From positions 109,864,001-109,928,000 of the forward strand of contig OX597819.1 in NCBI GenBank assembly GCA_951406725.2: DNA of 64,000 nt, given 5' to 3'. The notes beneath the pieces are model-generated. The model saw only the letters and a list, made by a program, of their open reading frames with translations, was not told the origin of the DNA and ran no database searches. Position numbers and translations under genes: made by a program. Of this stretch, positions 1 to 12,079 are shown piece by piece. Origin of the DNA: Octopus vulgaris (lineage: Eukaryota). How positions within the stretch are numbered: the stretch's first letter is position 1; each line of letters starts with the position of its first letter.

Positions 1-597
1 TGGAATGTTTTGGCCCTTAACTTCATGGGTGTTGTAACCTGTTTAGTCAGAGACGTTGTTTACCGTAGGCTACATTATGCCTTCGGAATAGATATTTAAT
101 TTCAGTTTATCGACTGAACGGAAATCTGTCACGAATTTTTAATTAAATTATATTAGGAGTTCCGCTGCCAACATTGTGAATATAATCTTTGATATAATAT
201 TGGTTACAAATTTTGGCAGAAGGTCAGAAATTCCGGGTGTTGGTAGTGGCGTTTAGTCAATTATATCGACCCCCGTGTGCAACTGATACTTAATTCATTG
301 ACCCTAGTGTTCAGTTGGTACTTATTTAATCGACTTTCGAAGGACGAAAAGCATAGTCGGCTTCGGAGGAATTTGAATTCAGAGCGTAAAGACGGATAAA
401 ATGCCGCTGAACATTTTGTCCGGCGTTCTAACGATTTCGCCATCTCGCCACCATAGATCTTTGGTATAATATTGGAAACTCTAACCTCCCCATTGCTTTA
501 AAAAAAGTCTCTCCAGATTTTCCTTGGTTATTTGACCATTCTAACGTAACGTCAGATTTACTTGGGACTTTTGCCTGTGATCACCTGCTATATTTGT

Positions 598-1012
598 TAT
601 TTCTTTTATTGCCCACAGGAGCTAAACATAGAGGGACCAAACAAGGACAGACAAAGGGATTAAGTCGATTACATCGATCCCAGTACGTAACTGGTACTTA
701 ATTTATCGACTCCAAAAGGATGAAAGGCAAAGTCGACCTCAGCGGAATTTGAACTCAGAGCATAAAGACAGACGAAATACCTATTTCTTTACTAGAGACA
801 ACGGGGTAAACACAGAGGGGACAAACAAGCACAGACGGACGGATTAAGTCGATTATATCGACCCCAGTGCGTAACTGGTACTTATTTAATCGACTCCGAA
901 AGGATGAAAGGCAAAGTCGACCTCGGCGGAATTTGAACTCAGAACGTAGCGGCAGGCAAGATACCGCTAAGCATTTTACCCGGCATGCTAACCAATTTAC
1001 CAGCTTGCCACC
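598..1012 (-). mobile_element. Dimeric tRNA-derived SINE with Nin/Deu-like core (family A)
   Basis: Minus strand has a diverged GGCGGCGAGCTGG-type head, B-box-like GAGTTCAAATTC, core GCCTTTCATCCTTTCGGAGTCGAT..AAGTACCAG and a tail ending AAAGAAATA; a second headless unit follows. More than a dozen related copies in the window. Confidence 0.85.
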
Positions 1013-1099
1013 TTACTAACACTATACTAACGACACTATTCTCTTAATCTTTCAGTTGTCTATTCTGATTAACATTTATATTAATTTATCCTTCTTTCT

Positions 1100-1363
1100 A
1101 ATCTTTTACTATTTTGACTGCTGCCATGCCTGGGTACCTCTTTAAAGGGTTTAGTCAAACAAATTCACCAGAGTACTTACCTTTTTAAATCTGGTACATA
1201 TTTTACATATCCCTTTTGCCGAACCGTTAAGTTATGTGGATTAAACAAACCAAAACCGGCTATCAGGTCACTACCTGATATTAATGTGTGTATATGGTGG
1301 GGGAAAGACGCAACACAAAGACACATAACACAAGATCAAACACGCACACACCATGCATATCTA

Positions 1364-1451
<88 letters not shown>

Positions 1452-1999
1452 AACTTCTTCAAGTATCACTTGAAAAGGAAAGTGAGAGTAGAGAGGCAAG
1501 TTTTGTCTAGCGAATGTTTTAAAAATAGATGGGTGAATGTAGCAAGGATGGCACGTATGAATGACGAAGCCACCTTGAGCATAATCCTATGAACCCGGAA
1601 ATTTAATACAGAGGGTTATCTACTTGTAAACAAATGTGGTAACATATAACAATATTGACCGAGGTTACCGTGTTCTTTTCCGTAGGCTTTTCTTCCCACG
1701 GATAAACCTTATCTGCTTCCTCCTTTACACCTTACATCATGACACAGTGATACACGATCCCTATTGATCGTTTTATTCTTTTGTTTCTTTTCCTTTTTCT
1801 TTTTTTTCCTTTCTTTTTCTTTCCCTTTTACGATCCCTTTTGATCGAAAACCTACCCCGCCTTTTTTTTTCTTTCCTCAAAAAAGAAAAGCTCTACTTTG
1901 TAATCTGTCCCGTCTGTGTGCAGCTCTGTGTGGCTAATAAAGAAACATATTTATCTATCTACACACTCACACACACACACACACACAAACACACACACG

Positions 2000-2051
<52 letters not shown>

Positions 2052-2210
2052 CATATAGACTGGGCTTCGTCTACTAAATTATCTCATAAGGCATTAATTG
2101 ACCCAGGGTGCTAGAGCAGAAGACACGTGACCAAGATACTGCACAATAAGACTGAACCAAATACCACCTGATGACAAAGCAGGCTTCTAAAACACACCCG
2201 TGCTGCTCCT
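1100..2210 (-). mobile_element. Old CORE-type SINE (family C) split at its internal microsatellite by a Tx1 insertion
   Basis: 3' half at ~1100-1350 and decayed head half at ~2058-2210 match the better-preserved copies at 37530-37915 and 63530-63930. Confidence 0.65.
1449..1949 (+). mobile_element. 5'-truncated Tx1/L1-clade LINE (ORF2 C-terminus plus 3' UTR) inside (TATC)n
   Basis: Encodes INFFKYHLKRKVRVERQVLSSECFKNRWVNVARMARMNDEATLSIIL*, nearly identical to the end of ORF 32419-33567; same 3' end TGTGTGGCTAATAAAGAAACATA; TATC units on both sides. Confidence 0.9.
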
Positions 2211-2870
2211 ATATTTAAGTCTTTCAAATCTTAACGCTGCACAATATATCGTTCACACGGGCGGTATTTACATTCATCGTTTATCTTTCACTTCTTTCTT
2301 TCAGGCAGTAAATGACTTAACTTCGTTAATTTAAGTCGTCAACGACGTAAATAAACATTTATATAATTCCGTTAATATTTACTTAAATAAGCTAGTCACT
2401 CCTTACACTCGTTTATTTCGAGTTTAAGTCGTATCATTACCTGTTTTATTGTTCAGAGATAAATATTTGCATTCGTCATAAATAGAAAATTCTATTTTTT
2501 TAATAACGTATTAAATCTGAATAAATAAACTGCTCATGGGCTTTATAGACACCTCTGAGACTGGTGAGCTTGAAATCACTGATGTTCTATCTAAACTGTT
2601 GCAGATTAAAACATCCAGTAACCACCCCCACAAAAAAAAAAAAACATGAAGAAAAGATTCCAGACGGATAATGTTTTGGGAAGAAAGGATTGGATATAAT
2701 AACAAGTGCGAGGATAGTGAGATGGTAGGTGTGAAGCACACGCAACAAGGGCGACGAAACGTAGAGATGAGTAAGTCGGAGTTACTGGTAAACATACACA
2801 GTCATAGCATAATAAACCGTTGTTCTTTAAGTTTCCTGTATCCGTACTATTTTTAGCCAGGTTCTACTAC
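2058..2870. repeat. Inverted paralogous block, copy 1 (copy 2 at ~10915-12010)
   Basis: 2215-2495 is the reverse complement of ~11590-11865 with few differences; 2530-2870 matches ~10920-11250 more loosely. Confidence 0.85.
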
Positions 2871-3494
2871 ACATACATACATACATACGTACGTACATAC
2901 ATACATACATACATACATATATACATACATACATACATACATACATACATGCATACATACACACACACGCACACATACATACATACATACATACATACAT
3001 ACATACATACATACATACATACATACATACATACATACATACATACATACATACATACATGCATACATATATGTGACTGTGTGTGCATGCGCAACTGTGT
3101 TTGTCTTTAGTAGCTTAACAATCAGGTAAGTTTGTTTATGTTCCCGAAAATTAGTGGTTCGGCAAAAAGTGTATGATAGAAAGTTAATAGGCATAAAAAA
3201 GTCCTGTGGTAGAATCAACCCCGGCGAAATTTGACCTCGAACATAAGGATGGACGAATTGCCATCAAGCACTTTGCTTGACGTGCTAACGATTCTGGCAA
3301 TTTGCCGCCTTATAGTGATTTTAAATTATGGCACAAGGCCAGCAATTTTGGGGTAGTATGGGTAAGTCGATTATATAGACCCCAGAACTCAACTGGTATT
3401 TATTTTATCGATCTCAAAAGGATGAAAGGCAAAGTAGAACTCAGATCACGAAGACAGACAAAATACCGATAAGTATTTTGCCTGGTGTGATTCC

Positions 3495-3940
3495 TGTTTC
3501 TTTATTGCCCACAAGGCGCTAAAAATATAGGGGACAAACAAGGACAGACAAAGTGATTCAGTCGATTACATCGACCCCAGTGAGTAACTGGTACTTAATT
3601 TATCGATCCCGAAACAATGAAAGGTAAAGTCGACCTCGGCGGAATTTGAACTCAGAACGTAGCGGCAGACGAAATACCGTTAAATATTTCGCCCAGTGTG
3701 TTAACGTTTCTTATTTCTTTATTACCCACAAGGGGCTAAACATAGAGGGGACAAACATGGAGAGACAAAGGGATTACGTCGATTACACTCTCCCAGTGCG
3801 TAACTGGTACTTAATTTATCGACCCCGAAAGAATGAAAGGCAAAGTCGACTTCGGCGGAATTTGAACTCAGAACGTAACAGCAGACGAAATACCGCTAAG
3901 CATTTCGCCCGGTGTGTCAACTTTCCGCCAGCTCGCCGCC

Positions 3941-4017
<77 letters not shown>

Positions 4018-4230
4018 CCTTTCTACTATAGGCACAAGTCCTGGATTTTGTGAGGAAAGGGACAGTTGATCACATAAGCCCCAGTACTCAACTGGTACTT
4101 GAAGTATCGACTCCGAAAAGATGAAAGGTAAACTTGACCTCGGTGGAATTTGAACTCAGAACGTAGCGGCAGACAAAATGCAGTTAAGCATTTCGCCCGG
4201 CGTCCTAACGATTCTGCCAGCTCACCGCCT
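3495..4230 (-). mobile_element. Cluster of family A SINE units around (AAT)n
   Basis: Units at ~3495-3706, 3710-3941 and 4018-4230 share the family A core and head. Confidence 0.85.
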
Positions 4231-4234
4231 TAGA

Positions 4235-4323
<89 letters not shown>

Positions 4324-4399
4324 TAATAATAATAATAATAACAACAACAACAACAACAACAAGAACAAAAAGAACAATAACAATAATAATAATAATAAA

Positions 4400-4542
4400 G
4401 ATATTTCGCTACTGCTCCTGCCACTTCCCTCCCACCAATCTTTCACTCATACTGTAACATCCCTTAACCTACACTCGCTCTAGGACACCGGGTGAGTCCC
4501 GGCAAGTGATTGTAACAAACATGCAGATTAAAAGTAAAACAT
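4400..4542 (+). mobile_element. 3' UTR remnant of an R4/Dong-like element between AAT/AAC repeats
   Basis: CTCTAGGACACCGGGTGAGTCCCGG...TTGTAACAAACAT...AAAAGTAAAACA resembles the 3' end of the Dong copy at ~22840-22906. Confidence 0.5.
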
Positions 4543-4579
<37 letters not shown>

Positions 4580-4614
4580 GTAATACAAGCAAATGATAAT
4601 AATACTAATGATAA

Positions 4615-6737
4615 CACGCCCTGCTATTGCATGAAACTGCATCCGGTTGTGACGTCACAACGTGGGAAGAACAAAGTTTCCCTTAACCCCAACTACTTTC
4701 AGGTCACCGTTGAGCAAAGTGCAATACCTGTAAGCCCGTCCCGAGATCAAGAAATAAAAGGTTGGCATCTGGCGGAGTTAAACCTGTCTCATTGGAGGAG
4801 GGCTCCCTTTAGCCCTGGTCGGCAATCCCTTTAGAGAAGGTGTCTGAATAAAAACACCGATGGTTGTGCCACCTCAACACCAAGATTCTCATAGTGAAAA
4901 TGTCAAATACAAAGTTATAAAACAATGGCTTGAACGAGACTGGCACTAAAAATGGTGCACACGAGCGTAGTTGTGGTCTGTCGGATCCTTGGCTCGCAAC
5001 CCACCTTGTGATGGCGTCAAGATAAAAATATTGGTAATTGCACAGCCTTACAAATGCTACCTCTAAATGAGTGATGTCAAAATTAAATAATAATCACAAC
5101 TGCGCTAACAGGACTGGAACTGTTAACAGTGAAGGCGTCGTGCACGGCAGGTAGAGAGTATTTGATCAAGCTCCGGCAGGTCGTCATCAAGCTATTGGTC
5201 AGGGCCAAAATCGCAGTCAAAAGTGCAAACGAAAGAGAATGAAATGGGAAAAGATGGGATTTTTACCTTTTGACCAGCAGATTTGGAAAATAATTTTTGG
5301 CAACTAAACACGTTCAAACTTCGTATACTGGTAGAATGTGTCATATAAAACATCTTTTACTCTTAGCGTTTTTAAGAAAAGTTTATATTTACGAAGTTAT
5401 TTCGTGTTAAAGTTGTCGTATTTCGGTAATTTTCAATCAATCAATGACGTGTATTCAGCTGAATAAAATTAGAGCTAAAGATGTTTTATATTACACATCC
5501 TACCAGTGTCCGAAGTTTGAAAGTGTTTAGTTACAAAAAATATTTCTCGATCTGCCGTTCAAAGGGAAAAGATCCAAAAGATGCAAACAAAATAGTTATA
5601 GAATGCTGGCTGAGAAGTGAGCCAAATAAAAGAGGCTTCATGAATCCAATTTTAAGAATATGGCATGAAAAAGAGGGGTTTGAACCTTCCGCGACTGATA
5701 GGTCTTGAAGCATCACTGATAGGTTTTGAAGCATCAGCGACTGATAGACCAAGCAGGAGTAATCCTTAGGAACGACTGGATTACGAGAGTAGAGATTGAA
5801 GAAATTCAGAGAAACATAATAAAAAGAGCAGAAGGAGAGTGAAACAGCAGTGGCAGAAAGCGCTAATGAAGGGGGTAAGAGATGAAGAACATGAAACAGA
5901 TGGAAAATGTAGAGTAGCAGAGATTACTGATAAAGTAACTAATGAAGACGATCTAGATGGACAAGTGACTGTAAATACTGCACAAGACTTGAATGATGTT
6001 AGAGGAGGTTTTAGTAAAGTTGCGAGATAAAATGTCTGATGGGAACAATGAAGTACCACCAAATGTAAAATATATGGACAGAAAACAAGCGAGGAAAGTC
6101 ACAGGCAAAGTAAATGACGTTTTAAGCTTGATTAAAACAGAAAACATCAGTAAAACATACTAACTAATCATAACTGCTGCTAATATCGTAGATAATAGTA
6201 GGTTACAAGCAAAAAGCTGAAGATATAAAAGCAAATGAAAAGAAAGAACCAAACTGGAGAATACGAATGAAGCTGGAAAAGCCATGGAAAGAACTGGGGC
6301 AATTGAATAGGATAATGAGAGGATAGCTCAAGATTAAGGTAGTAATCAGAAAATTGAATGGACAGTACAGGCCAGAAGAAAGGGGAAAACAAACAGTACA
6401 TGAAGAATTGGTACAAAAGGGGACAACACTAAAAGCCAAATTGAAAAGATATGATACAAGAGGTAAAGGTTTCGAACAGAATAGACTGTTCCAATCAAAT
6501 AGAAAGCATCTATTTGAGGAAATAGGGGGAGGCCAACACCAGAAACTGACACCAGATGCAGAAGAAAGTAAAGAATTTTGGGAAAGGCTGTGGAGCAGTC
6601 AGGGGAGACATAAAGAAAGCACGAAGTGGCTAACAAAGGTGAAAAGACAACTTTCAACTGTACCAAGACAAAAGGACGTCAGGTTTAATCTATGTACGAT
6701 TTGGGAAAAGGAAATGGTCAGATAAGTCATCTCCTTT

Positions 6738-6738
<1 letters not shown>
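4615..6738 (+). mobile_element. Decayed 5' portion of an R4/Dong-clade non-LTR retrotransposon
   Basis: Broken frames give KWEKDANKIVIECWLRSEPNKRGFM...DQAGVILRNDWITRVEIEEIQR and EELVQKGTTLKAKLKRYDTRGKGFEQNRLFQSNRKHLF...FWERLWS, typical of R4/Dong N-termini; preceded by AAC/AAT repeats and interrupted by a MITE. Confidence 0.75.
5257..5575. mobile_element. Non-autonomous DNA transposon with GG..CC termini and 8-bp TSD (Merlin-like)
   Basis: Imperfect TIRs GGATTTTTACCTTTTGACCAGCAG / CTGCCGTTCAAAGGGAAAAGATCC; AAAAGATG duplicated at 5249-5256 and 5576-5583; removal restores the Dong frame; related element at 59761-60181. Confidence 0.85.
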
Positions 6739-6821
<83 letters not shown>

Positions 6822-6963
6822 TGGATATGGGCTGTGTACGTGTGGATAAGCGTACGGATGTGCGATTGAGTAAATGTGTACATGAATCGATATGTATATA
6901 CATACATACATACATACATGCATACATACATACATACATACATACATACATACATACATACAT

Positions 6964-7043
<80 letters not shown>

Positions 7044-7157
7044 ATATATATACATATATATACACACACACATATATATACATAAATTCAATTTACGATG
7101 AACGTAAACAAACAAACGAAGTTTGCTTTAGGAGTGTTGAGATCTCTTAGGAAGTTG

Positions 7158-7345
7158 AAGAAGTGATTTTAAATTCTCAAACGCAGTATAATGCTAATAA
7201 TATAGCCTGAACAGGATAAGCTACCCATATTTTTGCAGAAAAACGTGTTGGCGGCCCACTTTTTTCTGCAAAATAGGTGTAGCTTATCCTGTTCAGGCTA
7301 TATTATTAGCATTATCCTGCGTTTGAGAATTTAAAATCACTTCTT
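7158..7345. mobile_element. Palindromic (foldback) MITE-like element
   Basis: Arms AAGAAGTGATTTTAAATTCTCAAACGCAG..AGCCTGAACAGGATAAGCTAC and their reverse complement, near-perfect over ~68 bp and extending imperfectly inward. Confidence 0.8.
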
Positions 7346-7379
7346 TATATATATATAAATATATATAATATATATATAA

Positions 7380-7455
<76 letters not shown>

Positions 7456-7609
7456 GGAAGTGTGTGTGTATAAGTGTGTATTATGTATGTATCTTTGGAT
7501 ATAAATATATATACATACACACACACACACATATATATACTGTGTATGTAAACGTGCATGTGAGTATATGCGCGTATATTGTATTTGTAATGCGTATGCA
7601 TGTATGTGT

Positions 7610-7860
7610 AGAGGCGCGTGGGTTAGTGGTTAGGGTGTCAGCACCATGATCGTGAGATTGTGGTTTCGATTCCTGGACTGGGCGACGCGTTGTGTTCCTG
7701 AGCAAAACACTTCATTTCACGTTGCTCCAGTCCATTCAGCTGGCAAAAATGAGTAACGCTGCGATGGACTGGCGTCCCGTCCAGCTGGGGAACACATACT
7801 CCATTGAAACCGGGAAACCGGGCCCATGAGCCTGGCCAGGCTTTAAAAGGGCGCATTTAT
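7610..7860 (+). mobile_element. tRNA-derived SINE with V-domain-like segment
   Basis: Head GGCGCGTGGGTTAGTGGTTAG..GGTTTCGATTCC and segment GCGATGGACTGGCGTCCCGTCCAG; tail shared with family B. Confidence 0.8.
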
Positions 7861-8059
7861 TTTATTTTTTATGTATGTATGTATGTATGTACGGATGTAT
7901 GCATAGTGTGTTAATGGAGCTCTGGAAGTGTGTGAAGAGGTGTTATGTCGTGTGTGTATGTGTGTGTATATATATATTGTTTAAAGATCCACTAGAGGTA
8001 GAATCGATAAAAAAAAGTATTCCCTCCAGATAAATATCAATTTAGATACACAACTGAAA

Positions 8060-8147
8060 GAGTGACTAATAGTTTCATGCTTTTATGATACCCGAACGGG
8101 CATATTTATAAAATACGCCATATGTCATACAGCAATCTTCCAGGCTC
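8060..8147 (-). ncRNA. Degenerate type I hammerhead ribozyme motif (Penelope-associated)
   Basis: Minus strand: gagc CTG(G)AAGA TTGC [long loop] GCAT GAAAC TATTA GTC actc; one inserted G in the core. Confidence 0.5.
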
Positions 8148-8371
8148 TGTTTAAGCGTTATTTACTCTTTTACTCTTTTACTTGTTTCAGTCATTTGACT
8201 GCGGCCATGCTGTAGCACCGCCTTTAATCGAGCAACTCAACCTCGGGACTTATTCTTTGTAAGCCCAGTACTTATTCTATCGGTCTCTTTTGCCGACCCG
8301 CTAAGTGACGGGGACATAAACACATCAGCATCGGCTGTCAAGCAATGCTAGGGGGACAAACACAGACAACA

Positions 8372-8431
<60 letters not shown>

Positions 8432-8437
<6 letters not shown>

Positions 8438-9842
8438 ACGGGAAGCTTTATGAAAATAAACAAAAGACGAAGGCAGGTGGAAAACAAACGAACAATTGTA
8501 TTAGTATGGCGCTCAGGAAATATAAATAAAACAAGTCTTTAACGTTTCGAGCCTACGCTCTTCAACAGAAAGATACACAGAGAGAGAAAAACACAGAAAG
8601 AAGGAGAGAAAAAATGCGTGCAGTAGCTAACGAATCAACATGGCGATCTGATTTCGGCCAGAGGTCAAAGATCAAACATGAGACGCGAGAGCGAAATAAG
8701 GGGAGATAATAGGGTTGATAAAAGGGTTGAGGGACCAGCTAAAAGTGCGTGGGAGGGGTCTGGATGTGTGTATGTATAGGGTTGGTGTATGTATTAGTAT
8801 GTATAAGGGTGTGTGTGTGTGTGTGTGTGTGTGTATGAGAGAGTATTAGTGCGTAAGATTGGTCTGGATGTGCGTATGTATGGGGTTGGTGTATGTATTA
8901 GTATGTATTAGTATGTATTAGTACGTATTGGTATGTATAGGTATGTGTGTGTGTTTGTGTGAGAGAGTATAAGTGCGTATGCGGCGTCTGGACGTGTGTA
9001 TGTATAGGGTTGGTGTAAGTATTAGTATGTACTAGTATGTATTAGTACGTATTAGTATGTATTAGTTGGTGTGTGTATTAGTATGGCACATCATATGTGA
9101 TGTGATGTGTAAAGTCATGTGGTGTAGTGAGGAGAAGAGGGGGAGGGGGAGAAGAGGGGGAGAAGGGGGAGAAGGGGAGGGGAAGAAGAGGGGGAGGAGA
9201 AGGGGGAAGAGGAGAGGAGGGGGGAGAAGGAAGGGGAGGAGGGGGATGAAGGAGGAAAGAGGGAGAGGGGGAGAGAGGGAGCAGAGAGAAGGGGAAGAGG
9301 GAGGGAGAAAGAGGGAAGAAGGGAAGGGGAGTAGGGGTGAAAGGATGAAGGACTGAAGAAGTAGGGGTCGGGGGAGAAAGGATAGGTGAGGAGGGGGAGA
9401 GGGGGTTAGATGAGGAGGGGGGCAGAGTTGAGACCAAATGGCGTATAAGAGCGAAGAGAGAAGATTAATTCCTGTTCACGGCGCAAACGGGAATCCGGAT
9501 GGCCTCTGTGTAAGGACAAACCGAACACAGATAGGTGTTGCAAGGAGTGACCGGTGGAGCGGAAATGGCGTGAGACCGGTGTGTCGTTCGCAAGGTGGAT
9601 GTCACGAAGGTGTTCCGCGAACCGGTCAGCCAAGCGGCGTCCCGTTTGTCCGATGTACAAGGAATTGCAGAGAGAGCAAGAGATGCAATAGATAATATTG
9701 CTGGAGGTGCAGGTGAAGGAGTGGATGATGGGATAGGGTCGATGGTGGGTGCTAGTGAGGCGGGTGGTGTTGGAGAGGTAAGGGCAAGTGCGGCAACGTG
9801 GGCGGGAGCAGGGGAACGAGCCGGGTTGGGAGGTAGGGTCAG
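8432..9842 (-). mobile_element. 5'-truncated Penelope-like element: GIY-YIG endonuclease plus 3' region
   Basis: ORF 9406-9842 GSFPCSRPRCRTC...NIIYCISCSLCNSLYIGQTGRRLADRFAEH...VSRHF...RLRREQELIFSLRSYTPFGLN; pyrimidine-rich tract, three ~105-125 bp internal repeats (8759-9070) and a hammerhead motif downstream. Confidence 0.9.
8535..8574 (-). ncRNA. Minimal type I hammerhead ribozyme motif in the Penelope 3' region
   Basis: TCTTT CTGTTGA A GAGC GTAG GCTC GAAAC GTT AAAGA: stems I and II pair, stem III is the palindrome ACGT; core reads CUGUUGA rather than CUGAUGA. Confidence 0.65.
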
Positions 9843-10468
9843 ATATACGATGGGCTTCTTTCAGTTTCCATCTACCAAATCCACTCACAAGGCTTTGGTC
9901 GGCCCGAGGCTATAGAAGAAGACACTTGCCCAAGGTGCCACGCAGTGGGACTGAACCCGTAACCATGAGGTTGGTAAACAAGCTACTTACCACACAGCCA
10001 CTCCTGCGCCTATGTTATATATACTTTTTAAAAACTCTGGGCTCGGGACAGTAAGAAAATAAGAAAGTACGTGGAGAAAAACGTGAAGAAGGCGGATATA
10101 AAAGAACGGAACGAAAAAAAAAATAGAAACGAAAGCCAAAAAAACCATGATCTTTGCTCTTTCTGATTGCAGAAAGGTCATTAATTACAACTGGTTTAGA
10201 ACAAAATAACAATGCTGCAATTGTAGTTGCTGTTATAGTTGTGATTGTGGTGGTTGTAGTTGCCTGCTGTCACTTGTTATTGTTGCTGTTTTAGTTTTCC
10301 TGTCGTTTTTCCTGTCGTTTTTCCTGTCGTTTAGCCCGAGGCAAGCTATAATCAAAAGAAATATAATTCTTTTTTTTATTGTTCATACGGTTCTATGTAA
10401 ATCCCCCACTGTCTTTTGTATTCTCCTAAATGTTTTTCGCGGCCCTTGTGGTCAATAAAGAATTATTA

Positions 10469-10567
<99 letters not shown>

Positions 10568-10568
10568 A

Positions 10569-10646
<78 letters not shown>

Positions 10647-10669
10647 CATCATCATTATTATTATTATTA

Positions 10670-10885
10670 AGACGGTGAGCTGACAAAATCGTTAGCACAC
10701 TGGAAAAAAATGCTTAGAGGCTTTTCGTTTGCCTTTATGTTCTGAGTTCAAATTCCAACGAGGTCGATTTTTCCTTTCATCCTTTCGGGGTCGTGGAAAT
10801 AAGTATCAGCTGCGCATTGAGGTCGATGTAATCGTCTTACCGCCTATCCAGAAATTTATGACCTGTGTCAAAATTTGAAATCATT
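10670..10885 (+). mobile_element. Diverged family A SINE
   Basis: GACGGTGAGCTGAC..GAGTTCAAATTCC..CCTTTCATCCTTTCGGGGTCG. Confidence 0.75.
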
Positions 10886-10914
10886 ACTTGGCGGCGAGGT
10901 TCCAATTCTTTCGC

Positions 10915-12010
10915 ATCTATATATAATACAACCTTGCTAAAATGGTACAGAAACAGGAAACTTAAATAACAACGATTTATTATGCTATGACTATGTATGT
11001 TTACCAGTAACTCCGATCTACCTATCTCTCTAGCTTTCGGTCCCCCTAATTGTGTGTGCGCCACTCCCTCCCATCTCGCTGTCCTTGCATCAACTACTAC
11101 ACCCAGTCTTTTTTCCCCAAACATTCCGTTTCTGGAATCTTCTCTTCTTGTTTAGTCTTCTGGAGGTTTTGACTTGCAACAGTCCAGATGAGAAATTAGT
11201 TGCTGCAAGCCCACCAGTCTCAGTGACAACTTTAAAGGCCATGCGCACGATTTATTTCTTCTTTTGAATAGCGTTGTCATTTTCCTTTCAATGAAGCCCC
11301 TAGCCTCCACTGCCAGGTGGTAATACTCGACATTCCATCCCTGTTCTCTGCATTCTTCGATTAGTTTTTCGTACCTCTTCTCCTTTCGTTCCTCTGCATT
11401 GCCGATGTTCTCTTCCCAAGACACCTCCGGAAGCGGGGGGCCGCCACGTCAAAACGGTAGAGGAGTAGGGACCGAAACCGGACGTGGTTCCTCCTGCTGA
11501 TGTCTTGAGCTAACTGGATCCTATAAAGGAACTGTTGTGGTAGCAGACCACGAAACACGGTTGTAATTCCTCAGTTATAAAATAATATAACTTTCTATCT
11601 ATGACGAATGCAAAAATTTATCTCTGAACAATAAAACAGGTAATGATACGACTTAAACTCGAAATAAACGAGAGTAAGGAGTGACTAGCTTATTTAGGTA
11701 AATATTAACGGAATTATATAATGTTTATTTATGTCGTTGACGAGTTAAATTAACGAAGTAAATTCATTTACTGCCTGAAAGAAAGAAGTGAAAGATAAAC
11801 GATGAATGTAAATACCACCCATGTGAACGATATATTGTGCAGCGTTAAGATTTGAAAAACTTAAACAAAGGGGTAGCACGAGTGTGTGTTTTAGAAGCCT
11901 GCTTTGCAACCGGGTGATTTTGGGTTCGGTCCCATTGTCCAAGTGTCTTCTGCTTTAGAACCCTGGGTCGACTAATGCTTTATGAGAGAATTTAATAGAC
12001 GAAGACTGTG
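10915..12010. repeat. Inverted paralogous block, copy 2 (interrupted by a HERO fragment)
   Basis: Reverse complement of 2058-2870 with an extra ~310 bp insertion at ~11258-11570. Confidence 0.85.
11258..11570. mobile_element. HERO/R2-group RLE retrotransposon fragment with internal inversion
   Basis: Minus strand 11262-11422 encodes WEENIGNAEERKEKRYEKLIEECREQGWNVEYYHLAVEARGF (RLE endonuclease C-terminus); plus strand 11422-11560 matches the presumed 3' UTR of the element at 27998-28137. Confidence 0.75.
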
Positions 12011-12033
12011 AAGGAGACCGTCATACACACACA

Positions 12034-12079
<46 letters not shown>

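Larger units (their letters stand above)
8162..10011 (-). mobile_element. Family C CORE-type SINE split at its internal (TA)n by a Penelope insertion
   Basis: Tail half 8162-8380 with TACTCTTT repeats; head half 9845-10011 reading AGGCGCAGGAGTGGCTGTGTGG..GGTTCAGTCCC..CCTTGGGCAAGTG on the minus strand. Confidence 0.85.

Noticed and set aside
598-4230. Recurrent repeats resembling a CRISPR array
   Set aside because: Units are ~180-230 bp SINE copies at irregular spacing in eukaryotic DNA; no cas genes.
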